The notes below the pieces were generated by a model. It was not told the DNA's origin. It searched no databases and was given only the letters and a program-made list of their open reading frames with translations. Positions 39,374 to 49,847 of a DNA stretch of 64,000 bases are shown piece after piece. The DNA lies in assembly GCA_963713615.1 (NCBI GenBank), contig CAVQMM010000001.1:864001-928000 (forward strand), read 5' to 3'. This stretch comes from an uncultured Chlamydiae bacterium (lineage in GTDB: Bacteria; Chlamydiota; Chlamydiia; Chlamydiales; JAJFMA01). Numbering within the stretch: position 1 is the first letter of the stretch; each line of letters begins with the position of its first letter. A program made the translations under genes and the position numbers.

Positions 39374-40621
39374 ATGCCACCGTTTTCCTCAAAAGGCCAA
39401 AGTCCCACGAAAGTGCTAGGCCCCTTCGCGCAGGTTGTTACCATGGAGGCTTCGCCTTCCAATGGACCGATAAAAGACTCACAACTTCACATCTTCGAAA
39501 ATGTGGGCATCAGCATTTCTGATGGCAAAATACAGGCCATTGCTCCGCTTTCGGATCTATCAGGGCCTCTGGAGGAAATCCCCCAACCTGCTGTGGCACT
39601 GCCGGGTTTTATCGATGCCCATACACACCTCTGCTTTGCGGGATCGCGCTGTCACGACTATGCCATGCGTCTTAACGGTATCGGCTATGAAGAGATTGCA
39701 GCATCGGGCGGAGGAATCCTAGACACTGTTCGCCAAACACGCAATGCTTCTCTAGAAGAACTCACGGCACTGACCAGCGCCCGACTACTACAAGTGGCTG
39801 GTCATGGAGTAACCACCTGCGAGGTCAAAAGCGGGTATGGTCTTTCACTTGAATCAGAGCTCAAAATTCTGAGGTCTATCGCTAAAGCCTCTAAGGAACA
39901 ATGTGTCTCTGTGATTCCGACTTGTTTAGCAGCTCACACTCTACCTCCCGAATTCAACAGTACAACAACCTATCTAAATTATATTCTGGAGCATATCCTC
40001 CCTATCATCCAGGCTGAAGGACTAGCCCAGCGTGTCGACATCTTTGTCGACGACAGTGCCTTTGGTGTTGCGGAAGCAATCGAATACCTCAAAAAAGCCA
40101 AGCACATAGGCTTTGCCGTCTGTGTTCATGCGGATCAGTTTTCCCGCGGCGGCGTTCAAGTAGCTACGGCGGTCAACGCCTTGAGCGCCGACCATCTCGA
40201 GCAATCAAAATCCGCTGACTTCACTGCAATGCAAAAAGCTGGGGTTATCCCTATAGTGCTACCAGGAGCCTCTCTGGGTCTTGGTATGCCGTTTCCACCG
40301 GCGCGTGCGATCCTAGATCATCACTTACCCCTAGTTATCGCTTCAGACTGGAATCCTGGTTCAGGGCCCATGGGAGATCTGCTGACGCAAGCGGCTCTGC
40401 TAGGTGCGGCTCAGTGCCTCACAATGGCTGAAACGTTGGCAGCCATAACCGTACGTGCCGCTAGAGCTTTGGCACTGACAGACCGAGGAGCTTTAGTTTC
40501 TGGTTTGCGTGCCGATCTGGCGCTGTTCCCCTGTTCCGACTACCGTGAAATCCTCTACCACCAAGGTAGCCTAAAACCTTTTGCCACCTACATCCATGGG
40601 AGTCGCACCGATGGCTTTTGA
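39374..40621 (+). CDS. hutI: Imidazolonepropionase
   Basis: PGFIDAHTH, GGGI..TV, EVKSGYGL, HADQ, SADHLE, SDWNPGS. Confidence 0.96.
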   Translation: MPPFSSKGQSPTKVLGPFAQVVTMEASPSNGPIKDSQLHIFENVGISISDGKIQAIAPLSDLSGPLEEIPQPAVALPGFIDAHTHLCFAGSRCHDYAMRLNGIGYEEIAASGGGILDTVRQTRNASLEELTALTSARLLQVAGHGVTTCEVKSGYGLSLESELKILRSIAKASKEQCVSVIPTCLAAHTLPPEFNSTTTYLNYILEHILPIIQAEGLAQRVDIFVDDSAFGVAEAIEYLKKAKHIGFAVCVHADQFSRGGVQVATAVNALSADHLEQSKSADFTAMQKAGVIPIVLPGASLGLGMPFPPARAILDHHLPLVIASDWNPGSGPMGDLLTQAALLGAAQCLTMAETLAAITVRAARALALTDRGALVSGLRADLALFPCSDYREILYHQGSLKPFATYIHGSRTDGF

Positions 40622-41582
40622 GCGATCCGATTGGCACGAACGTTATCACACGACCTCTCCAAATGTCTGGCATGGACGAAAGGATGGTCCCGGCGCTCCG
40701 CGCTTCCATGAGGTCGTGCAGGTCCTCAACCTGAATAATGGTCTTTCATCTCTACAAAAAGGCATTGCCCTCATCGGCTTTGCTTGTGACGAAGGAATCA
40801 AAAGAAATCAAGGTCGCGTAGGAGCAGCTAAAGGCCCCGAAGCCCTGAGAGAAGCTCTGGGCAAGCTTGCGTTTCATGGGAACGCGCCTGTCTATGACCT
40901 CGGGGATGTAGTCTGTACCGATGGCCATCTAGAAGCCTCTCAGATCGCCCTTGCTGCTATAGTAGCAAAAACCTGGGACGCTGGATTGATGCCGATCGTT
41001 CTTGGAGGGGGTCATGAAGTCGCTTGGGGACACTACCAAGGGCTTGCGTCTGCTTACCCCTCCCAACGCATGGGCATTATTAACATCGATGCACACTATG
41101 ATCTAAGACCCTGTTTAGCAGGGCAAGGGTCATCAGGCACCTCTTTCACACAAATTGCCCAACATCGTCAGGCACTGGGATTACCATTCGAGTACGCGTG
41201 CATTGGCATTCAGCCCTTGGGAAACACTCAAGCCCTTTTTGAAACAGCCCTCCAATTGGGCGTTGAGACAGTGACAGCATCAGACATTTATCAGCAAGGT
41301 ATTGGACAAGCCTTAGCAACTGTCGACTACCTCATTAGTAAGTGCGAGGTCATTTACCTAACCTTGTGCATGGATGTTTTTGGATCTGCGTTCGCCCCAG
41401 GGGTAAGCGCTCCGCAACCGCTAGGAATGATGCCTTGGCAAGTACAAGCGATCGTCGCTCACGTTCGTACCAGCGGCAAACTCATAGGGTTCGATGTGGC
41501 AGAGTTATCGCCACCGTTCGACCGCGACTCTCATACGGCGATGTTAGCAGCGGCTATGGTTGCTACCATCACGCTCGTGTAA
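40611..41582 (+). CDS. hutG: Formimidoylglutamase (arginase family)
   Basis: GFACDEG..RNQGR.GA, GGGHE, NIDAHYDLR, SSGT, APGVSAP, AELSP; overlaps the hutI stop. Confidence 0.93.
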   Translation: MAFERSDWHERYHTTSPNVWHGRKDGPGAPRFHEVVQVLNLNNGLSSLQKGIALIGFACDEGIKRNQGRVGAAKGPEALREALGKLAFHGNAPVYDLGDVVCTDGHLEASQIALAAIVAKTWDAGLMPIVLGGGHEVAWGHYQGLASAYPSQRMGIINIDAHYDLRPCLAGQGSSGTSFTQIAQHRQALGLPFEYACIGIQPLGNTQALFETALQLGVETVTASDIYQQGIGQALATVDYLISKCEVIYLTLCMDVFGSAFAPGVSAPQPLGMMPWQVQAIVAHVRTSGKLIGFDVAELSPPFDRDSHTAMLAAAMVATITLV

Positions 41583-41654
41583 ATATTTAATGCACAGCCC
41601 CATGGTCTGTCGCGCACAATCACCAGAAAATGGATTTTTCTCTATTCACCAAAG

Positions 41655-44600
41655 TTATACTTTATTTAAATCAATCCAAGCTTTGAGTACTTCTGTTTGT
41701 AGGGGCAGAGTGTTCACCCATTTACGATCTGCTGGAAGCGTTTTTATCAATTTTACGACATAGTTTTCGCTTTTATCCGTCTTGTAAAGGTTACTGAAGA
41801 AGAATAGCGATGCTTTAGTCTGATCGTAGTAGAGAGTGGGATTCTCATCGTAGAAGCCTGTCTCAAGGAGCTGTTTCATAGCATCGAAAAAGCCAGTTGC
41901 CAATTTTTTGGCGATAACATTCGAGCTGTTTACGTTCTTATGCATGGCTTGCACGTAAAGGCTAACTAGGTCAATTCCAGCACAGGTGTGGCCAGGCGGA
42001 AGTTCTCCATTAGCTAGCAAGGAATGCATTAAGCCTTTACCGGGAGCTGTCCCAAGAAGGCCACCTACTTTTGCTTGTCTCCATAGCTTTATTGGAGTAT
42101 TTGCTAAATCGACAGGAAGGCCTCTTAGGTTGCAACAACAATAAGGAAGTCGCCATTATTTCTTCCCAAGTTGGTTCTTTTAGATTGTCAGGAGGCATGG
42201 AAGCGCGTAGCTCGATATATTGCAGGATAAGATCTCTAAGCTTTTCTCGGCTTGTTGTTTGCTGAAAAGGGATAGCTTTGATGAGATTAGAGAGTATTGT
42301 TGAAGCCGCTCGACAGGCAGTATTAATTCCCAAGGGCGTTCGTACTTGTAGATCATCAGGACTTGCTTTGTTTAAACAAACGCTGAAAAGTTGTGCAACA
42401 TATTCTAGATGAAGCGAGTAATCCATGTTGCGATTTCTCGATTTACTAGAATAGAATGACTCGGGAAGCGAATTAAAAAAATCACTTTGGACTGACAAGA
42501 ATTCTTCTCTAGGGCGTAAATCAGCTTGTTGCCATAAAGTTCTCAATCCAAATTTAATTACAGATGGAAAGCTCTCGCCGTTCTGGGGAGAAATTTCCCT
42601 GGCCAATCCGGGGAGTTGATCAATAAAATAGCTCATTACTTGCTTTAAATCGCTTGCATGCAGATCGAAATTCAAAGTATTCATAAAGTATGTATCCCAG
42701 ATCTGCATGAGTTGAAAGTCGGTCAAGTGGCGTTTTAACCTGACGGAGCAATCGGTGAGAAACTTGGCAAGTATTAAGTTATCATCGTTAGCGTAGCCAG
42801 AGAATAGCTGTAGCGCGTCATACATGGCCGTCTTATTCTCACTGGACATCTCCTTCGATTCATGTTCTGTTAGGAAACTCTTGAATCCAATAAGGAGTTC
42901 TTCTAAAAAGCTTCTACTTTTTGGAAAAACCTTACTAGCAAAGGACACCCATAATGGGAAATCAAGCTTACATTCATTAATTCCTGGCCAAAGCCTGGCG
43001 AGGATGCGATTCTGTTGTTGGGTAAGCTCATGGTTGTCGAGATGCTCATTGATGGATTGTATTAATTGCTGCAAAGCATTCTTGGTGTGATTTGAGATTT
43101 CTCCCCACTTGAGGATGGTGTCTGCGGCTATCTTCACCCCTGCCAAAAACGGCTCCATATGGTCTGCTGTAACCAAGTAATTACCCAGCACGATGTCGGA
43201 ATCGAATTTTTCGTTTAGATCCCCACTACTAGCAAAAAGAGGCTCGAGTCGTTGCTTTAGGGTTAATAGATCCATAAAGGTATCATAGTCGTCTCTTTTG
43301 GTTAGAGCTGCAGCAGCTTGTATCAACTCTTTAAAAAATGTGAATTGCTTGTCTGAGCAATGTTCGAAAGAGGTAAAGATTCCACCCGCCATCTCATGAG
43401 GCGCTTGCTTGACCATCACACGCAACACTCTAGACCGATTTGCAATGAGGTATTGCAGAAGTTCTATCCATTGGTCCACAGCGTCTTTATTTAGCAATTC
43501 TCCACCGCATAGGATCCGATAGGCTGATGAAATACGGTCCAAGATGAGTGCACAGATTTCTAGATTGCCATGCTCTACTGCCCTCTTTAGCGCGTTGTTG
43601 ACCACAGCGTCAGGGATGTCTATCTGCATGGGACAGGCGTTCAATACTTGAACGAAAGCTTCATGACTCCTATTTGCATGTTGTATTGCATCGATGACCA
43701 AGCCCCCCCACAGCTTCGCTATGGTATCTTTAGATTCTTCACATTGATTGAGAGCTTCTTGAACTGCGACATATTCTCCTTCTGCAATCAGAGGCTGTGC
43801 GATTTTTTTGATAAGAGCATTGCGTTGACTCGTAAAAGCTCCGAAGTTGGCACTGCGAAGCCAATGGATATCGCTTTCTCTAGCTTCTCTAGCCAGTTCT
43901 AGAATCAGCTCGGGAGCCAGTTTCACAATCTCTTCATATGTTAAAATGCCATGACCTATGGCTTCTAGAAGTGGTTTACCAGCCTTGTTATCGTTAATCT
44001 TATCCCATGTGTAGGCGATCAAAGCGTCAGCAAAGGCTGTCTTCGCTTCATGAGGGATGGCGATATTTTCTCTTGTTAAGGACTCTAGCCAACTCTGTAC
44101 TTCAGATAATCGCTTTTGTTCTACAAGCCAATGGGTGACATTAGTAATCAATGTGGCACCATGAGGCCCTTTTAGAGTATTGCAAATGAACTTCAGGTTG
44201 AATTTCGTTTGTGATCGTTGAGCCTCAGAATATAATTCGTATACAAGGGAGGGAAGGGTTTCAGGTGTGAATGGGATGGGGTCGAGGTCAAGAGCTTGAA
44301 TGAAGAGCCGTATAGCCGACCCCAACTTTCCATGATCAAGATATATTCTCGCTTGATTTTCAATTTTCGATGCGAGAGATGGCAATCCGACAGTATTGGC
44401 AATTGCCGGAAACTGCTTGCTGATTTTTTCATCACCTAGCGTTTTCAGGTTTGCTCTCACGCTAGCCGCAAATGTTTCTCGGTAAGATACCGAACAGCAG
44501 CGTGTTGCTAAAAATTCAATCATTATATTTGTCATTTTGGAGTCTAGCTTGTCGTTTCTCTCTAAAGTGTTCGCTAGTTGTCTGCAAAAAGAAATCAAAA

Positions 44601-45174
44601 ATGCGCGAGTCACATTTCCCCAATCGATTCTGAGGTCCTTGCCTTCAGTAAATGATTTAAGTCCTGCTTCAGCAGAGTCCATGCATGCCGTTTCAACACG
44701 AACCCACAGCGTAGCCACATCATTATCGGATAGAGCAAAAACCCCTCGTTCAATAAGCGTACTCAAAAGAATCTTTGCCAGCTGGGGTTGGTTGGAATAC
44801 AACAACAACTCAACATGTGTGATGATAGCATTGAGTTGACTTCCTTTGGCCGTCGCGGAAAATCTTGGTGTACACTTTCTATCGTTAAGTAAGCTGGAAA
44901 CCATCCTGCCCAGCCGGATAAGGCTTAGCTCGTCACAACTCTCATTCTTTAGGAGGGAGTGAATTACTATTGTATAGCCTTCCCATAGATCGTTATTGCT
45001 AATTTGTTTTCTCGTATAATTAAGTAATAGATTTGTGCTGGATTTTATAGGATCTGCTTGAGCTATTTGAGATAATTGATTAGCAAACCTTGATGGATTT
45101 AATATAAGAGGATTTTTTAGAATTGATACTTGATCTTTAATATTTACTTGTGGTCTATTGCTAATATTTTCCAT
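41655..45174 (-). pseudogene. Large alpha-helical hypothetical protein, paralog 3, frameshifted near 42110-42190
   Basis: The 1045-aa and 124-aa ORFs are both colinear with paralogs 1 and 2; the second frame reads NTPIKLWRQA...LLANGELP upstream of and into the small ORF. Confidence 0.8.
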
Positions 45175-45348
45175 TTTACTCCAAACAATCTAAGTGTTAT
45201 AAGTGATACAATATTTAAAGTCAGATTGTATATAATTTTATTTTTTTTGGCAATTTATTTTTATTGCTTTTATTTAATGAGTACAAAATAGAAGCTTCCG
45301 ATGCAACATAACAACCGACTTGAAACATCGATTGTGGTTCCAAATCTA

Positions 45349-45508
45349 GGCATTGTTCACCTTTACGGTCAGAATTTCGGTCGGACGAAAAAGGTCGGAT
45401 GTCGTGGTTTGTGACGAGGGCATAGCGCCAGCTATGTCCGAGGAGCAAAACGCGACAGACGATCCTTTTGCAGTCGACCGAAAACTGACCGCAAAGGTGA
45501 ATAAGGCC
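45349..45508. mobile_element. 160-bp MITE with IS1595-like ends
   Basis: TIRs GGCATTGTTCACCTTTACGGTCAG / CTGACCGCAAAGGTGAATAAGGCC; TSD CAAATCTA at 45341-45348 and 45509-45516. Confidence 0.85.
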
Positions 45509-45619
45509 CAAATCTATAGCGCTCGCGAACGACATGAACTCCAAAGCGCTGGTTACTTTCTAAGCTATGGAAAAAAAAAGTGCGACCCATTACATATTAA
45601 CCTTTGATATGCATGATGG

Positions 45620-47635
45620 ATGGCTATGACGACAGCGACACAACAGATTGGTATTTCCTATCCTTTTGGCGCAACTTGGACTCCCCGTGGGACAGGCTTT
45701 GCTGTACACGTCAAAAACGCTATTGCTGTAAGCGTATGTCTATTTCGAGCTGAAGGCGATTCCGCTGCCGAAGAAGTTCAATTAGATTCACAAAGAAATC
45801 GAACAGGTAGCGTGTGGCATATTCATCTCGAAGGTCTTAATGATTTTGTTGGTTACGCCTACCGCGTAACCAATTCCAAAGGAGAACGAAGCAGCTATCT
45901 CCTGGACCCCTATGCCAAAGGTGTCATTGCTCGCTATTTGCCGCCTTTTGATACCTATAGTCCTATCGGTACCCTACCTAAACAAGACACATTTGACTGG
46001 GAAGGTGATATTCGACCAAATATTAAAATAGCCGATCTGGTGATCTATGAAATGCATGTGGGTGGTTTTACTCAGGATCCCAGTAGTCAGGTAAAACACC
46101 CAGGGACCTATCTAGGATTGATCGAGAAGATCCCCTATTTGACAAGCCTTGGCGTTAACGCTATCGAACTCCTGCCAGTGTTTGAGTTCAATCCCCGCGA
46201 AAATGAACATGGAGTCACCGCTAGCAAAGTGATCGTAGGAAACTACTGGGGCTATTCTACCGCCAACTTCTTTGCTCCAACACCATTTTTTGCTGCCAAC
46301 AAGTCCCCTGGAGCCGCCGTAAATGAATTTCGCGAAATGGTTAAGGCGTTACACAAAGCTGGCATCGAAGTCATTCTAGACGTTGTCTACAACCACACTC
46401 TTGAAGGCAATGAAAAGGGTCCGACACTGTCGTTTAAAGGTCTTGATAATGCTGCGTATTATATCCTAGAGCCTCAAGGTCTCTATGCGAACTATAGCGG
46501 GTGTGGCAATACGTTTAACTGCAACAATCCCATCGCCAGACACCTCATTCTGGAGAGCTTGCGGTATTGGGTTGTTCACATGCATGTGGATGGCTTTCGA
46601 TTTGACCTGGCATCTATTTTAACGCGAGATCGACGCGGGCACCCCCAGGGCTATTCTCCCCTTCTCGAGTCAATCGGCGAAGATCCCGTCTTAGCAAATG
46701 TCAAGCTGATCGCAGAGCCTTGGGACGCTGGAGGTCTCTATCAGGTGGGATCCTTTTGCCCCTTGGGACGCCGATGGTCTGAGTGGAACGGAAAATACCG
46801 CGATACGATGCGCCGTTTTATCAAAGGCGACGCATTCACTCTTGGCGAATTCGCCACGAGGTTATGTGGCTCTGAAGATCTTTATGGAGACCAAGGTTCC
46901 CCTGATAATAGCATTAATTTTATTACAGCTCACGACGGCTTTACGTTGGTCGACTTAGTTTCTTATAATATCAAACATAATGACGACAATGGCGAAGGCA
47001 ACCGGGATGGCACCAATGACAACTACAGCTGGAACTGTGGCGTCGAAGGTGTGACTACCGATCCAATCGTAGTGGCACGTCGACAGCGCCAAGTGCGCAA
47101 TTTTTTGATAGCCATGATGGTTTCTCGCGGCGTTCCTATGCTACTCATGGGCGATGAATATGGTCATACCAAACAAGGCAACAATAACACATGGTGCCTC
47201 AACGATGTTCGTAACTGGTTTCAATGGTCCCGACTTCATGAACAAGAACCGCTATTTCGCTTTTTCAAAGGGATGTTAGCCTTTCGTAAGGCTTATCCAG
47301 TGCTACGACGCAATGCCTTCTATACCCGTCATGACATTGAGTGGCATGGAGTAAAGCCCAATCAAGCGGAATGGGGCCAAGGAGCTCCACTGATAGCTTT
47401 CACTCTGCGCGACCACCAGAGCGGTGATAAAATATATGTGGCCTTTAACGCTACGGACAAGACTAGGGAGTTCACACTGCCGGAACTATCCTATGGACAG
47501 CGTTGGGGATGGGTGGCAAATACTGCCGAAGCCCCACCCAAGGATTTCATCAGCAATAACTCTCCACCCGTTGACTTGCCTTCTGTGCGCTTACCAGAGC
47601 ATTCAGCTGTCATTCTTAAGAGCATTCCAGCCTAA
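45620..47635 (+). CDS. glgX: Glycogen debranching enzyme / isoamylase (GH13)
   Basis: NYWGY, DVVYNHT, DGFRFDLAS, IAEPWD, FITAHDGFTL, SWNCG. Confidence 0.97.
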   Translation: MAMTTATQQIGISYPFGATWTPRGTGFAVHVKNAIAVSVCLFRAEGDSAAEEVQLDSQRNRTGSVWHIHLEGLNDFVGYAYRVTNSKGERSSYLLDPYAKGVIARYLPPFDTYSPIGTLPKQDTFDWEGDIRPNIKIADLVIYEMHVGGFTQDPSSQVKHPGTYLGLIEKIPYLTSLGVNAIELLPVFEFNPRENEHGVTASKVIVGNYWGYSTANFFAPTPFFAANKSPGAAVNEFREMVKALHKAGIEVILDVVYNHTLEGNEKGPTLSFKGLDNAAYYILEPQGLYANYSGCGNTFNCNNPIARHLILESLRYWVVHMHVDGFRFDLASILTRDRRGHPQGYSPLLESIGEDPVLANVKLIAEPWDAGGLYQVGSFCPLGRRWSEWNGKYRDTMRRFIKGDAFTLGEFATRLCGSEDLYGDQGSPDNSINFITAHDGFTLVDLVSYNIKHNDDNGEGNRDGTNDNYSWNCGVEGVTTDPIVVARRQRQVRNFLIAMMVSRGVPMLLMGDEYGHTKQGNNNTWCLNDVRNWFQWSRLHEQEPLFRFFKGMLAFRKAYPVLRRNAFYTRHDIEWHGVKPNQAEWGQGAPLIAFTLRDHQSGDKIYVAFNATDKTREFTLPELSYGQRWGWVANTAEAPPKDFISNNSPPVDLPSVRLPEHSAVILKSIPA

Positions 47636-47668
47636 CACATTTTCTAAGTGAGTCGTAAACCGTGAGCC

Positions 47669-48703
47669 CTATAGAATGAGCATCGCATCACCATAGGAAA
47701 AGAAGCGGTAACGTCGCTCCACTGCTTTGCGATAGGCTTCCATGATAAGGTCATATCCAGCGAATGCAGTCACTAACATGAGCAGTGTTGAAGAGGGAAA
47801 GTGAAAGTTCGTAAGCAGGTTTTGGACATACTGAAATTCGTATCCCGGGTAAATGAATATGTCCGTCTCATAGTCACCAGCCTGAAATCCTCCCTTGCAC
47901 GCAGATTCCAAGGTTCGACAACATGTGGTGCCTACAACGATCTGACGCTTGTTAAGAGTCCGATTATTGAGACTATGGGTTGCTTCAGGAGTAATTGAAA
48001 AGCGCTCCGTGTGCATTTTGTGATCGCGAATGTCCTGGACTTGGACAGGCTGAAACGTACCTAAACCAACATGCAGAGTGATTTTTGTGGAATGAACTCC
48101 TCGATCATCCAGGCTTTTTAAAAGCTCAGGCGTGAAGTGCAATCCAGCAGTAGGTGCTGCAGCAGCACCAGGACGCGCAGCAAAAACAGTTTGGTAGCGC
48201 TCAAGGTCTTCGGGATGAGACTCTCGTTCGATATAATGGGGCAAGGGCATCTGACCGCATTCGTGAAGGGCTGCCATAAAGTCGCCCGTGTATAAAAACT
48301 GCACCAATTTGGTGCCGTCGGGATAGGTTTCTAAGATCTCACACGATAGCCTTTCGCTGAAGTGTACGCGGATACCTGGTCGCAACTTACGTCCAGGACG
48401 CGCCATAGCGACCCATTGATCACCGCCCTGAGGCTTCAGCAACAGAATTTCACACCGGCCTCCACCGCTATCTCTGATGCCATATAGACGTGCTGGAAGA
48501 ACCTGAGTATCGTTGAGGACTAGACTATCCCCCGATTCAAGAATGTCCTTAAGATCGCGGAATACGGCATCCCGAATTTCTCCCGTGGAGCGATAGACAA
48601 TCATCAAACGAGAGGAGTCTCGCTGCGTCAGTGGGGCCTGGGCTATGAGATCTTTAGGCAAGTCGTAGGCATAGGCCTCGAGTGAAAATAGGTCACGTGT
48701 CAT
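47669..48703 (-). CDS. queA: SAM:tRNA ribosyltransferase-isomerase
   Basis: LIAQ.P, PLPHYI, YQTVFA, AAPTAGLHFT, LHVGLGTF, TNFH, FFSYGDAMLI. Confidence 0.98.
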   Translation of the reverse strand: MTRDLFSLEAYAYDLPKDLIAQAPLTQRDSSRLMIVYRSTGEIRDAVFRDLKDILESGDSLVLNDTQVLPARLYGIRDSGGGRCEILLLKPQGGDQWVAMARPGRKLRPGIRVHFSERLSCEILETYPDGTKLVQFLYTGDFMAALHECGQMPLPHYIERESHPEDLERYQTVFAARPGAAAAPTAGLHFTPELLKSLDDRGVHSTKITLHVGLGTFQPVQVQDIRDHKMHTERFSITPEATHSLNNRTLNKRQIVVGTTCCRTLESACKGGFQAGDYETDIFIYPGYEFQYVQNLLTNFHFPSSTLLMLVTAFAGYDLIMEAYRKAVERRYRFFSYGDAMLIL

Positions 48704-48707
48704 TTAA

Positions 48708-48951
48708 GACCCTCACAACAGTCTCTCGGCGCGTAGCGCTTTGGAGTGCGGTCGCTTGCGACCGCTTTTCGTTCCTTGCGACGATTATGTCAAACGACAT
48801 GATTAGGAATTCGGTCAGGTTGCATATACTAACTACTTTACCCCTAGCGAATGATTGTGGCGCTATTTCACACGACCGTCGCAAGGAACGAAAAGCGGTC
48901 GCAAGCGACCGCACTCCAAAGCGCTGCGCGCCGAGCGACGATTGTTTGGTC
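48708..48951. repeat. REP doublet family A
   Basis: Two inverted gcgctttggagtgcggtcgcttgcgaccgcttttcgttccttgcgac arms fill the gap between the SpoIID-like gene and queA. Confidence 0.92.
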
Positions 48952-48953
48952 CA

Positions 48954-49847
48954 TTAGTCAACCTGGAACATGCGCTGAACGGTAACGCCAGGAAAAGCGC
49001 GGTTGAGAATCTGGGCCGCATTCTGCCCCTGCACTGCAGCCGTTTCGGCTTCACTAAGCACAAGCGTTGGACGGCGCTCGGTCGTCTTTTTGGCTCCTTG
49101 AGATAAAGGCTCTACCACCCAATGAGCGGGGAAAAGGGCAACCTCTTTATTGGAATCGGTATCTGTCTTGGCAGTAATATCGCTAGCACTCATCACCATG
49201 TAACTAGTGGCATCAACGGCTTTTTCAGCTTCTTCATAGTGTTGACTAGGACTTACTCCAGCATACCGGAACTTTAAACCATCGATGTCCCAATATTTAT
49301 TCTTTGAAAACGAGGAACGGTAATAGGCGTCGGTACGTTGGGCAATAGCAACAGCAGCTAGAGCCTCTTTAGGAACCTGACGATCGATCTTTGCCGCCAA
49401 TACTGAAGCCACATAGTCTTCAATGTCTACCTCATTGACAATGCTGATCATTCCGTCGACATCATAAACACTAATGATGCCCGAATAAGGTGTGCCATTC
49501 ACATACATGATTGTTTCTGGAGCCGTAGGCACAAGCTTAAGCTGGCGCATATCAGGAAACTCTTCGCCCCACTTAAGTCCATGCTTTGTCACAAGGATAT
49601 CGCGTTGCTTACCGCTCACTCTTCGCGATAACACTTCGTGGTGCACAGGATCAACGACAGCATACTTACCGTCAACACGCAGCAAAGCGGATTTAGCATC
49701 GTGTACAATCAGCACACGTACGCTAGGTGCCGATGGACGATGATTCCCCATCATCGCATAGGCATAGCGATCAATTACTCCAGCTTCAGCAGCGGAGGTC
49801 ATCCCCACAGCTAGCCCTAAAGCTGTCATCATACTTCGAATAAACAT
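48954..49847 (-). CDS. SpoIID/LytB-domain exported protein
   Basis: Signal peptide; VNEVDIEDYVASVL and EALAAVAIAQRT resemble the SpoIID core; follows ruvB as in chlamydiae. Confidence 0.8.
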   Translation of the reverse strand: MFIRSMMTALGLAVGMTSAAEAGVIDRYAYAMMGNHRPSAPSVRVLIVHDAKSALLRVDGKYAVVDPVHHEVLSRRVSGKQRDILVTKHGLKWGEEFPDMRQLKLVPTAPETIMYVNGTPYSGIISVYDVDGMISIVNEVDIEDYVASVLAAKIDRQVPKEALAAVAIAQRTDAYYRSSFSKNKYWDIDGLKFRYAGVSPSQHYEEAEKAVDATSYMVMSASDITAKTDTDSNKEVALFPAHWVVEPLSQGAKKTTERRPTLVLSEAETAAVQGQNAAQILNRAFPGVTVQRMFQVD

